Source: a bacterium
GTDB taxonomy: Bacteria > JAHJDO01
DNA: 64,000 nt
Direction of reading: 5' to 3'
NCBI GenBank assembly: GCA_043824255.1
Contig: JBDRTG010000040.1
Coordinates: 1-64,000, forward strand
The notes beneath the pieces were generated by a model that was given only the letters and a program-made list of their open reading frames with translations, ran no database searches and was not told where the DNA came from. The position numbers were made by a program, and so were the translations under genes. Numbering within the stretch: the stretch's first letter is position 1; every line of letters starts with the position of its first letter. Shown here piece by piece: positions 20,263 to 29,484 of this stretch.

Positions 20263-22176
20263 ATGAAAAAACTTTCAATATTTTTACTCATATTTTCAGT
20301 AATCTTGACCAGTGTAACTCCTGCATATAGTTGGCCATGGTCCAGAAATCGTCGTCCACTTCCACCCAAAACAGCAACGATTCAGGGCAGAGTAACAAAT
20401 TCCATAACAAATCAAGCCATATCTGGTGCAGCAGTCCGGGCAGGCAGTTACAGAGCTACTACAGATGTAAATGGAAATTATGTAGTAAAAAGCATTAAAG
20501 TATGGTTTTGGGGAAGAATATATAGAGTAAAAGCCGAAGCAAAAGGATATTACGCAAGTTCCAGATGGATATATGTAAGGAAAGGAAGAACATACACCCT
20601 GAATTTCGGATTAAGACCCAAAAAGCCGTTAATATTGGTCAAGATAACTTCGCCTGAAGATAATTCCTACATAAAAGGATCAATTTTAGACGTATCAGTA
20701 GCATGGCAAGGCAGAGCGGGAATAATAGATTTATATTTAGATAATAGTTTAGCTGAAAGTTACAGAACATGGCGCTGGTGGCACAGATCAGGGAATCATA
20801 CATTTACAATAGCCCTTTCGGCTCAACAAGATGGAGAGCATAAGCTCAAAGCAATTGTGTACAGATCGCACAGGAGACGAGGCTACAAGGCAGAGTCTAA
20901 AGAAATAACATTTATCTTAGATAACACCCTGCCTGTGATTTCAGATATATCTCCAGAAAACAATGCGTTGATTAACAACAATCAGCCAGAAATCTCAGCG
21001 ATATTAGAAGATGCAACAAGTGGAATAGATAAAGAAACTATCATATTAAAACTTGATGATGCAGAAGTAAGTGCAAGTTATGATGAGACAACAGGAGAGT
21101 TAAGTTATACACCAGTTACAGCTCTTGAAGACGGGACACATGCAATTTCTATTGAGGTAAAGGATAAGGCGGGAAATGAAGCAAACGCAACATCAACATT
21201 TAGAGTGGAAACAGATACGGCGCCGCCAAACATAACTGATTTATCACCAAAGGACGCTTCTGCAATCTACTACACAACTCCAACAATCTCAGCAAAATAT
21301 TCTGATGATAAATCAGGAATAGATAAAAGCACAGTAAAGATATTAGTAAACGCAGTAGATGTAACAGCAGAAAACACAATTACAGATGAAGGCGTTTCGT
21401 ACACTCCTGATGAAGAGCTTACACAAGGCGGAGTAACAGTAAACATAGAGGTAAAGGATAATGCAGGGAATCTAGCGACGAAGGAATTCAGTTTTGAGAT
21501 AAAGATATTGACAGCGGAAGATCTTTTGCAGGCAGTAAAGAATAATCACGATTCAATTACCAGTATGAAGACAGACTATACTGTTGAATCATTGTTAAAT
21601 TCAGAGCCTGTTCTTGAGACACAGTATGTAAGGTGTTTTTATAAAGACCCTTCAAAAACAAAGTTATATACTTATGAAGATTCAAGTATGACATCCAAGC
21701 TAAGCATACTAATAATGGATGATACAAACATATATGACGTAGATCCAAATACAGGAGATATAGACGAAGTAAATACTTTTGAAGCAGAAGGGCTTGGAAT
21801 TGAATTTGAAGCATACGGTGACACAGAGCTGTTCTTTGAATCTCATGACGTAACCTCTGAGACAATAGATGGAATGAACGGGATAGGAGAAATAACAGCA
21901 GTTCCTGAGCATGCCAATGATACCTATTCCAAAATAAAGTTAAAAATAGATTATCCCAAAGAGCTTATCGTAGGAATGTCTTTTTATGACAATGATGATG
22001 AATATATAAGCGGATTTGAGGTGGTTGAAGCTATAGAGATTGATGGTGTCTGGGTTCCCAAAAAGGTAATTGAGACACCTGCGCTAGAGGGGATGCAGGT
22101 TATTCAAACGTACAGTAATATTGAAATAAATGTTGATATTCTTGATGACGCATTTGATCCGGAGAACCAATTATGA
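20263..22176 (+). CDS. Secreted protein A2: carboxypeptidase-regulatory-like domain, Ig-like domains, C-terminal LolA-like (lipoprotein-sorting-type) domain
   Basis: First ~315 aa nearly identical to A1; C-terminus LTAEDLLQAV...KIKLKID...GVWVPKKV...YSNIEINVDILDDAF resembles LolA-fold proteins. Confidence 0.72.
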   Translation: MKKLSIFLLIFSVILTSVTPAYSWPWSRNRRPLPPKTATIQGRVTNSITNQAISGAAVRAGSYRATTDVNGNYVVKSIKVWFWGRIYRVKAEAKGYYASSRWIYVRKGRTYTLNFGLRPKKPLILVKITSPEDNSYIKGSILDVSVAWQGRAGIIDLYLDNSLAESYRTWRWWHRSGNHTFTIALSAQQDGEHKLKAIVYRSHRRRGYKAESKEITFILDNTLPVISDISPENNALINNNQPEISAILEDATSGIDKETIILKLDDAEVSASYDETTGELSYTPVTALEDGTHAISIEVKDKAGNEANATSTFRVETDTAPPNITDLSPKDASAIYYTTPTISAKYSDDKSGIDKSTVKILVNAVDVTAENTITDEGVSYTPDEELTQGGVTVNIEVKDNAGNLATKEFSFEIKILTAEDLLQAVKNNHDSITSMKTDYTVESLLNSEPVLETQYVRCFYKDPSKTKLYTYEDSSMTSKLSILIMDDTNIYDVDPNTGDIDEVNTFEAEGLGIEFEAYGDTELFFESHDVTSETIDGMNGIGEITAVPEHANDTYSKIKLKIDYPKELIVGMSFYDNDDEYISGFEVVEAIEIDGVWVPKKVIETPALEGMQVIQTYSNIEINVDILDDAFDPENQL

Positions 22177-23680
22177 GCTCTGCTCGAAAAAAATTTAGTA
22201 TATTATTATTAATATTCGCAATAGCTTTAAGTGTAACTATTCCCTCTTATGCAAAAAGGCTAAAGGGATGTGATTATGTAAGTTATCATAGTCCCTGTTG
22301 GATGCCTGATTCAAAGCATATTGTATACATAAAACATATAAGTCATCACAAGTATCGCTACGGCTGGATAGCAGCAATAAGCAAGGGAGGAGATTTATGG
22401 GTAGGAAGTGATTGTTATGTCTACAAGATGAATATAGAGACGAGAAAAGAGGAAGTGATAAAGAAATTTATTACAACATACAATCATAAGATAAGTGAGG
22501 AAGGGAAGAAAAAAAGCGATAGGGAAAAGTATTTTGTTGAGGAGAATGGAAAAGCAAAGAGTTTTCCATACAAAATGGAATCTTTTAAGATAGATTGTTC
22601 TAAAGACGGGAAATGGATATGTTTTAATTCAGGGACATTACATCTTTTAAGCGCAGACGGAAAGATATTAAAAAGACTGCCTGTATCTGTTGGCAGTCCC
22701 AAATTTTCTCCGGATGGAAAGAGAATACTCTACGGTGTTTCTAGTGATGTAAGAACATCTGAAGGAGAATATGTGCGCAAGAAACCTGATTTAAGACTGA
22801 TAGATATAGATGGAACAAATGATAGATTATTGGTTGAAAACGCTACAAACGGCATCTGGCATCCGAGCGGGAAGAAGATAGCATATCACAGAGAAAAAGA
22901 TAACTATAGTACTTACATCATGGATTTGGAAACGAAAGAAAAAACGCTTTTAGTAGATAATACAGGCTATCCATCCGATTGGTCTCCTGATGGTAGGTAT
23001 ATAAATTTTATAGGAAGAGTTCTTGACATGGAAGGGAAAAGACTTAAGACGGGCTTTAAAAGTATTCCAAGATTTGGAAAGTTTTCTCCAGATGGGCTTA
23101 AAATGATTGGGGAAAAGTTAGGTATCACTTTCTCTAAAGTTGGCGATGGGGAAGAAACAATATTGCTTAAAGATTATTCAAAGGAATATTAGTAAGGGAG
23201 ATGATGTATGAGAAATAAGAGATTTAATTTTCTAATAATATTATTGGGCATGATGTTTTTGTTCATGTGCTTTTCGGTAGAAGCAGATGAATTATATACA
23301 GGCAAAACGGCTTGGGAAGATAATCCTGACGGCTATCGTCCCAATCCTGTATTATTCCTCCACGGTTTTGCAAAAGGTTCGCCTGAAACGTGGCAAAAGG
23401 TAATAGATAACCTTAGAAGTCATTTTGATTTTTATTATGAGGGAAACAATTATGGTCACAGTTTTGCTGATAAAGTTAGCCCGTATCTAGAATCTATTCA
23501 GTTTTTCGATGAAGCTGACGAGCCAACAGTGGGCAAGAACAACTCAGTGGATACATATAAGGCGGGGGATCATTATGTAGATATACTTTTGAGGAATATA
23601 AATGATCCGGGCGGCGCTGATAAGGTTTATTATTGGCTATATGAACTTGTTCCAGATGGTGTGAATGACAGATTATCTTT
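22140..23680 (+). repeat. Tandem duplication unit, copy 1 (A2 3' end, propeller gene, lipase 5' end)
   Basis: Colinear homology with 23681..25204; boundaries approximate. Confidence 0.8.
22173..23192 (+). CDS. TolB-like/PD40 beta-propeller protein B2a
   Basis: Sec signal (PSYA-KR); SPCWMPDSKHIVY, PKFSPDGKRILY, WSPDGRYI; paralog of 23714..24706. Confidence 0.85.
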   Translation: MSSARKKFSILLLIFAIALSVTIPSYAKRLKGCDYVSYHSPCWMPDSKHIVYIKHISHHKYRYGWIAAISKGGDLWVGSDCYVYKMNIETRKEEVIKKFITTYNHKISEEGKKKSDREKYFVEENGKAKSFPYKMESFKIDCSKDGKWICFNSGTLHLLSADGKILKRLPVSVGSPKFSPDGKRILYGVSSDVRTSEGEYVRKKPDLRLIDIDGTNDRLLVENATNGIWHPSGKKIAYHREKDNYSTYIMDLETKEKTLLVDNTGYPSDWSPDGRYINFIGRVLDMEGKRLKTGFKSIPRFGKFSPDGLKMIGEKLGITFSKVGDGEETILLKDYSKEY

Positions 23681-23717
23681 TCTTGATAATATATTCAATT
23701 TGGAAAACCAGTTATGA
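23208..23717 (+). pseudogene. Truncated chimeric copy of the lipase-like gene N-terminus fused to an A2-like tail
   Basis: Matches ~160 N-terminal aa of 24722..27526 (YRPNPVLFLHGF, GGADKVYYWLYELVP), lacks catalytic Ser, ends LDNIFNLENQL like A2 LDDAFDPENQL. Confidence 0.75.
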
Positions 23718-25204
23718 AAAAGCTTAGTTTATTATTATTTATGCTCACAATATGTTTAGTTGTAACTATACCTGCATATGCAAAAAGGCTAAAGGGATGT
23801 GATTATGTATATTATAAAAGTCCTTGCTGGATGCCAGACAGTAAACATATTCTCTATATAAAAAGCGTAAGCCATCATAAATATCGTTATGGCTGGCTGG
23901 CTGCGGTGAGCAAGAGCGGAGATTTATGGGTGGGCAGTGATACTTATATCTGCAAGATGAATATAGAGACAAGAAAAGAGGAAGTAATCAAAAAATATTT
24001 TTCAAAAGTAGATCGAATAAAGTCTAAATATGAGTATTTTGTTGAGGAGAATGGAAAAGCAAAGAGTTTTCCATACGAGATGGAGTTTCACAAGATAGAT
24101 TGTTCTCGGGATGGGAAGTGGATATGCTTTAATTCAGGGACGTTACACCTTTTAAGCGCAGATGGGAAAACGCTGAAGAAACTACTTGTAAATAGCAGAA
24201 GTCCAAAATTTTCTCCGGACGGCAAGAGAATACTTTATCAGATATATAGGAGAATAGTTATTCCTGAAAATCCGATTCAAAGTAGAGTCCAGAAGATAAG
24301 CGATTTAAGACTGATAGATATAGATGGGACAAATGATCATTTACTGGTAGAAAATGCTGGTCATGGTATCTGGCATCCGGGTGGGGAGAAAATAGGGTTT
24401 TACATAGAAAATACTGATGGTTTTTTCCGGACAATAAATGTTGATGGAACAGATAAAAAAGCTGTATTTGAAACAAATTGTTATCCTTCAGATTGGGCTC
24501 CTAGTGGTAAATATATAAACTTTCTATCAACATTTCTTGACATGGAGGGAAAGAGAGCAAAAACAGAATTTAAAGATGTTCCTACGTATGGTAGATTTTC
24601 CTCAGATGGGACTAAAATGGTTGGGGGTAACTTGGATATAAGTTTCTCTAAAGTTGGAGATGAAAAAGAGACAGTATTGCTTAAAAATTATTCAAAGGAA
24701 TATTAAGTATGGGAGAGAAAGATGCTAAATAAAAAATTCAATTTTTTTGTCATATTCTTATTGAGCGTTACGTTTCTATTTACATGCTTTTCAATAATAG
24801 AAGCTGATGAGTTATACACAGTTACGGATGCCTGGAAAAAGGAAGACGTTTACAGGCCAAATCCAGTTTTATTTCTTCACGGTTTTGCAGCCGGTTCGCC
24901 AGAAACATGGGAAAAAGTAGTAGGTAATCTTAATGTTCATCATTTTGCTTTTTATTATAGGGGAGAGAAGTATGGACACAGTTTCGGAAAAGAAATAACT
25001 CCGTATCTGGAATCTATTCAGTTTTTCAATGAAGCTGACCATCCAGAAGCAGGCAAAAACAATTCGGTGGATACATATAAAGCTGGGGATTATTATGTAG
25101 ATATAGGCTGGAGAAATCCGAATGACTCTGGTGGTGCTGATAAGGTTTATTATTGGCTATATGAACTTGTTCCACCTGGAGTAAATAATAGGTTATCTTA
25201 TCTT
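23681..25204 (+). repeat. Tandem duplication unit, copy 2
   Basis: Colinear homology with 22140..23680; boundaries approximate. Confidence 0.8.
23714..24706 (+). CDS. TolB-like/PD40 beta-propeller protein B2b
   Basis: Shares AKRLKGCDYV, GKWICFNSGTLHLLSADGK, DLRLIDIDGTND and YSKEY end with B2a. Confidence 0.85.
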   Translation: MKKLSLLLFMLTICLVVTIPAYAKRLKGCDYVYYKSPCWMPDSKHILYIKSVSHHKYRYGWLAAVSKSGDLWVGSDTYICKMNIETRKEEVIKKYFSKVDRIKSKYEYFVEENGKAKSFPYEMEFHKIDCSRDGKWICFNSGTLHLLSADGKTLKKLLVNSRSPKFSPDGKRILYQIYRRIVIPENPIQSRVQKISDLRLIDIDGTNDHLLVENAGHGIWHPGGEKIGFYIENTDGFFRTINVDGTDKKAVFETNCYPSDWAPSGKYINFLSTFLDMEGKRAKTEFKDVPTYGRFSSDGTKMVGGNLDISFSKVGDEKETVLLKNYSKEY

Positions 25205-27526
25205 AGTGAAAAGAATTCTACAGGTATAATTCCCACTTATACAATTGGCAGTGAAAAGCCAAAAGTAAACATGATTTGCCACAGTCTGGGAGGGGTATCT
25301 GCAAGACAATTTTTGAAGCAGTATGGTGCTGGTGATGTTGCAAAGCTTATAACAGTAGGCACTCCTCATAAGGGCTCTCCGCTTGCTACAGCGGCGCATG
25401 GTGGAGATGTGGGAACTGAGCTTATAGCTAAGGCAATTGCATCTACATTCTATCTTCCAAGACTATCAAAAATTCTAATTCCAAAGATTGAGGGAGCCTC
25501 ATTATGGCCGCCAAAGATTAAGATAGGCATCAGAAAATCCGCTTTTACTTCCTATGTTTCAGGTATAAATAATACACGCGTTAATCTTCTTGATTTAGCA
25601 GACATTGATATTCAGGGAGACGCAGTAAGAGATTTAATACCAGGATGCGCTTTTCTTACCCAGCTAAATAGTTCTATTCCTGGTGGTCTGAAATATTACT
25701 GCGTTTACGGGCAGTATTCTGCAATTCCATATATTCATATTGGGCTTAATGCGATAGGCGGAGATATGGTGGTTCTTGTAGCCAGCCAGAAAGCCGATGG
25801 AGTGGGAATACCATGGAAGGAAATGAAAAGAATTTATACATATCATTCAAATGAAGGAGCAACTCTAGCAAAAAATGATTGTAAAACTCTTTTAGGATTT
25901 CTTGATGACACGGAGCCAGTCCTTGACTTGGTCAGAGTTTTAGAATCAAAAGACATAAATCTTTCAACGCTTCCTGAAAGACCCGAAGAAGAAGGATGGG
26001 ATTGGGATAATGAAGGTACTGATTGGACGCAACACAAAGTTGGTGAGGATTCGCAGCCTTTTCTACTGGATCTGGATAAATACGGGAGAGCTTATATTGA
26101 AGGCAAGGTAGACAAAGAATATCTCCCTGCAACCACAAAAGTAAATATTAAGGTATATAAGGAAGGAGAGACAACAGTTGTATGGGATAATAGTTCAGAG
26201 GATCATAAACTCAAACCTTATGCAGGCATGCAACCAACGCCTGCAGGGTTTAGGTATGAGGTATTATTTGCAAAGGATAAGGACACTGCTCCAGAGCCGG
26301 GAGTATATGAGATAAAAGTTTTTGTTGAAAATCCGGCAGAGCTAAAATCAGAAGAAAAGACAGTAAAAGTGAGAATAGGAGCAGGACACTACTTCCACGT
26401 CCAGCTTTCTCCGTCATATGTAGGAACTGGTAGCCCTGTATCACAAACTCAAACATTCAGTATAACAGTTCAGTGTTACAACTACGGGGAGGCAACCGAG
26501 ACTCCCGCAGGAACAGTGAACAAGCTTGACGGAACTCAAAGCTGGGTGAAGGACGATACAGGAGTGTGGCAGAAAGAGGAAATAAATCCAAATCAGGATA
26601 TAAAGTCGGCAGAGACAAAAAGTGATTGTGCAGGTGAGGTAAGTTTTGGATTGAATACACAAGGTTATGAATTATATGCAGGTGGAGAGAAGCTGGAGAC
26701 ATTGTGGCTTGTAGATGGGGCAGGCACAATATCAGGGGTAGTAATAAAAGCAGAAGATGGAAATATAGGAGATAATCATCTATTCCTGATCATCTCCGCA
26801 TCAGATGGAACAGGAAACGGAAACGGAGCGTTAATGGTGAATCCATTAACATCCTCGACAATAGACGTTCCTCGGTATGCTCGTAGAGAGATATCCCTAG
26901 GAAGGAAGGTTATTATTGACACGCAAGAAGTGTTTGATAGAGAATGGAACTGTTTAGAAATAGGATGGTATCATGATTGGAGGTACCTAGGCAAAGACAC
27001 GTGTCTTTTGCATGGGGAATCTTGGACGCCAGGATGGCCGGAAAAAGAGTGGGGGGATTATGAACCGGATTATTGGGCAAGTGCAGGTTTTTATGGACTT
27101 CTTTACCGGGTGTACAATAACTTTGTTGATTTGGTCGCGCGTAAGTTTTTCGTTAGATTTAATTTATCAGGGTGGACCCCAGAACAAGTAGAAAAAGCAT
27201 GGATGAGAGTTGTGCTTCTGGATTGGAGGGCCAACCCCGTGTATGTATATGCCGGAAGTCTAAAAAATATAACAACAGGGAAAGTGGGTACCTTGAAACT
27301 TGATGAGGATGTGCCATATGTCTATTTTTATGACATACCAGCATCGGATTTTGGAGATTGTAAAGAGTATAATCTTGGCCCCTCATTAGATTTAAGCAAT
27401 CCGAGTTTGGTAAAACCACAGAATATAGATTGGTCTGAATATCATCAGGAATATAGGAGAGGTTTAGAAACAGCACATGGATATCATGTGGCGCAGATTC
27501 TATTTATTCCAAAAACTGTGGAATAG
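24722..27526 (+). CDS. Secreted protein D2: alpha/beta-hydrolase (PGAP1/lipase-like) domain, Ig-like domain, shared core, variable C-terminal domain
   Basis: Signal peptide; PVLFLHGF, ICHSLGG nucleophile elbow, GTPHKGSPLA, GDMVV, YHS; core shared with D1. Confidence 0.8.
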   Translation: MLNKKFNFFVIFLLSVTFLFTCFSIIEADELYTVTDAWKKEDVYRPNPVLFLHGFAAGSPETWEKVVGNLNVHHFAFYYRGEKYGHSFGKEITPYLESIQFFNEADHPEAGKNNSVDTYKAGDYYVDIGWRNPNDSGGADKVYYWLYELVPPGVNNRLSYLSEKNSTGIIPTYTIGSEKPKVNMICHSLGGVSARQFLKQYGAGDVAKLITVGTPHKGSPLATAAHGGDVGTELIAKAIASTFYLPRLSKILIPKIEGASLWPPKIKIGIRKSAFTSYVSGINNTRVNLLDLADIDIQGDAVRDLIPGCAFLTQLNSSIPGGLKYYCVYGQYSAIPYIHIGLNAIGGDMVVLVASQKADGVGIPWKEMKRIYTYHSNEGATLAKNDCKTLLGFLDDTEPVLDLVRVLESKDINLSTLPERPEEEGWDWDNEGTDWTQHKVGEDSQPFLLDLDKYGRAYIEGKVDKEYLPATTKVNIKVYKEGETTVVWDNSSEDHKLKPYAGMQPTPAGFRYEVLFAKDKDTAPEPGVYEIKVFVENPAELKSEEKTVKVRIGAGHYFHVQLSPSYVGTGSPVSQTQTFSITVQCYNYGEATETPAGTVNKLDGTQSWVKDDTGVWQKEEINPNQDIKSAETKSDCAGEVSFGLNTQGYELYAGGEKLETLWLVDGAGTISGVVIKAEDGNIGDNHLFLIISASDGTGNGNGALMVNPLTSSTIDVPRYARREISLGRKVIIDTQEVFDREWNCLEIGWYHDWRYLGKDTCLLHGESWTPGWPEKEWGDYEPDYWASAGFYGLLYRVYNNFVDLVARKFFVRFNLSGWTPEQVEKAWMRVVLLDWRANPVYVYAGSLKNITTGKVGTLKLDEDVPYVYFYDIPASDFGDCKEYNLGPSLDLSNPSLVKPQNIDWSEYHQEYRRGLETAHGYHVAQILFIPKTVE
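26389..26844 (+). repeat. Shared core segment, copy 2 (homologous to 12054..12548)
   Basis: Protein and nucleotide match to copy 1, including a 53-nt identity. Confidence 0.9.
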
Positions 27527-27536
27527 GATTATTAAA

Positions 27537-27596
27537 ATGATAAAAACCATTACAAAACCAAAACAAAAAGCGTTGAAGGGGATAGATGTCTCTTAA
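27537..27596 (+). other. 19-codon mini-ORF MIKTITKPKQKALKGIDVS overlapping the MNT gene start
   Basis: ATG at 27537, TAA at 27594-27596; homologous to 13094..13153. Confidence 0.45.
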
Positions 27597-27915
27597 CAAA
27601 CAGGAAGAAAAAATCGTAAGAAGGTTTGCTGAGAAAATAAAAGAATCACTTAATGATAATATAGTTTTTTTAGAATTATTTGGGTCTAAGGTTAGGGGCG
27701 ATTTCTCTTCTGATTCCGATATAGATATTTTATTAGTAGTCAAAAAGAAGACTCCTGAAGTGCGTGATGCGATATTTAATGTTCTTTTTGATATTGACCC
27801 GTACTATAAATTTAAGGTTTCTCCTGTTATATATTCAGAGTTTGAATATCAGAAGAACAGAGAATTGGAGTCAACATTTGTTGAGACAATCAGTAAAGAA
27901 GGCATAATGCTATGA
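27586..27915 (+). CDS. Minimal nucleotidyltransferase (MNT)
   Basis: LFGSKVRGDFSSDSDIDILLV motif; 109 aa; overlaps HEPN gene. Confidence 0.9.
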   Translation: MSLNKQEEKIVRRFAEKIKESLNDNIVFLELFGSKVRGDFSSDSDIDILLVVKKKTPEVRDAIFNVLFDIDPYYKFKVSPVIYSEFEYQKNRELESTFVETISKEGIML

Positions 27916-28292
27916 AGAATAAAAGAGAGCTTGCTCTTTATCGGTTAAATGATAGTAAGGAAAAATTAAATGCATCAAAAATACTCTTTAAAAATGGCAG
28001 CTACAAGGATTCTGTTTCAAGGTCTTATTATGCAATGTTTACTTCAGCAAGAGCACTATTAGCTACAAAAAGTTTAGACAGCGCAAAACATTCAGGTGTA
28101 ATATCTCTTTTTAACCTGCATTTTGTAAAGGCAGGAATAGTCGGGAAAGAATATGGAAAACTATTGGCTGAAGCCAAAAATATCAGAGAAGAAAGCGATT
28201 ATGGAGATTTTGTTATAGTTTCCAAAGAAGAAGGCGGAATTCAAATTAAACATGCAGAACAATTTATTAAAGAAATAGAAAAAGCTATATAA
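27912..28292 (+). CDS. HEPN-domain protein
   Basis: SRSYYAMF, KHSGVISLFNLHFVKAG, REESDY; MNT partner. Confidence 0.9.
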   Translation: MKNKRELALYRLNDSKEKLNASKILFKNGSYKDSVSRSYYAMFTSARALLATKSLDSAKHSGVISLFNLHFVKAGIVGKEYGKLLAEAKNIREESDYGDFVIVSKEEGGIQIKHAEQFIKEIEKAI

Positions 28293-28296
28293 CATC

Positions 28297-29484
28297 ATGC
28301 CAATAAAAATTATTCTTAACAAATGCACGGGTTGCAGAAAATGCATCCCTGTCTGTCCATTCTCTGCTATAGAGGTAGCAGAGAAAAAAGCTAAAATTCT
28401 GGATAATTGTACATTATGCGGAGCATGTGTGGATGCGTGCAAATTTGATGCAATAGTTTTGGACAAAGAAGAAAAAAAAATATTAACTGATGAATATAAG
28501 GGTATATTGGTTTTTGCAGAACAAAGACATGATGAACTTCAGACTGTAACACTGGAACTATTAAATGAGGCAAGGAAATTAGCAGATATATTAAAGGAAG
28601 AATTATCAGTAGTTTTGCTTGGGAATAAAGTTGATAAAATTGCCAAGGAGCTGATATCCTTTGGCGCAGACAGGGTATACTTAGCAAGTGATCCTGAATT
28701 AGAATCTTACCAAAATAGTATGTATACGAATATTTTAGTGGATGTAATTAATAAGTATAAGCCAGAGATTTTTCTTATTGGTGCAACAACAATAGGTAGG
28801 TCTTTAGCCCCAAGAGTAGCTACAAGGATTCAGACTGGTCTAACAGCAGATTGTACAGGGCTAAGTATTGACATCAATAAGAGACTGTTATTACAAACTA
28901 GACCTGCATTTGGCGGTAATATTATGGCAACAATTATATGTCCTCAGCATCGTCCTCAGATGGCAACAGTTAGACCTAAGGTTTTTAAAAAGCCAGAGAG
29001 AAATCCTGATAGAAAAGGAGAGGTAGTAAAAATAGGGTTTGAACTAAAAATCGATGATTTAGTTGCAAAGATTGTAGATACAATAGTAGTGGAATCGCAA
29101 GTAGTTGATCTACAGGAGGCGGAAATCATTGTCTCTGGTGGACGAGGATTAGGTAAAGCGGAGAATTTTGACTTAATAAAAGACCTTGCCAATAGTATTG
29201 GCGCAGCAGTGGGTGCGTCAAGAGCAACAGTTGATGCAGGATGGATTCCTTCTTATCATCAAGTAGGCCAGACAGGAAAGACAGTTCAACCTAGACTGTA
29301 TATCGCATGTGGAATATCTGGAGCAGTTCAACATTTAGTTGGCATGCGTTCATCTGATATAATTGTAGCTATTAACAAAGATCCAGACGCCCCCATATTC
29401 CAAGTTGCAACTTATGGAATTGTCGCAGATCTGTTTGATATAGTTCCAGCTCTTACTAGTAAACTAAAACAAGTTTTATCTTGA
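28297..29484 (+). CDS. etfA: Electron transfer flavoprotein alpha subunit with N-terminal 2x[4Fe-4S] ferredoxin domain
   Basis: CTGCRKCIPVCP and CTLCGACVDAC; TGLTADCT, QVGQTGKTV, GISGAVQH, AINKDPDAPIF. Confidence 0.95.
   Translation: MPIKIILNKCTGCRKCIPVCPFSAIEVAEKKAKILDNCTLCGACVDACKFDAIVLDKEEKKILTDEYKGILVFAEQRHDELQTVTLELLNEARKLADILKEELSVVLLGNKVDKIAKELISFGADRVYLASDPELESYQNSMYTNILVDVINKYKPEIFLIGATTIGRSLAPRVATRIQTGLTADCTGLSIDINKRLLLQTRPAFGGNIMATIICPQHRPQMATVRPKVFKKPERNPDRKGEVVKIGFELKIDDLVAKIVDTIVVESQVVDLQEAEIIVSGGRGLGKAENFDLIKDLANSIGAAVGASRATVDAGWIPSYHQVGQTGKTVQPRLYIACGISGAVQHLVGMRSSDIIVAINKDPDAPIFQVATYGIVADLFDIVPALTSKLKQVLS

Larger units (their letters stand above)
20247..27596 (+). other. Cassette 2: paralogous secreted-protein cassette downstream of rplQ, with an internal tandem duplication
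   Basis: Same gene plan as cassette 1; begins aaggagataaacta as at 6994 and ends with the homologous mini-ORF. Confidence 0.8.

Noticed and set aside
9096..24706. Naming the propellers tolB, or calling the loci T6SS/CDI
   Set aside because: No TolB N-terminal domain, no tolQRA-pal, no vgrG/PAAR/Rhs/cdiB; proteins carry Sec-type leaders.
11038..27526. Diversity-generating retroelement acting on D C-termini
   Set aside because: No reverse transcriptase or template/variable repeat pair in the window; differences are not adenine-specific. A remote DGR is not excluded.
6994..27596. Cassettes as IS, prophage or integron elements
   Set aside because: No transposase, integrase, phage gene, terminal inverted repeats or attC-like sites seen.
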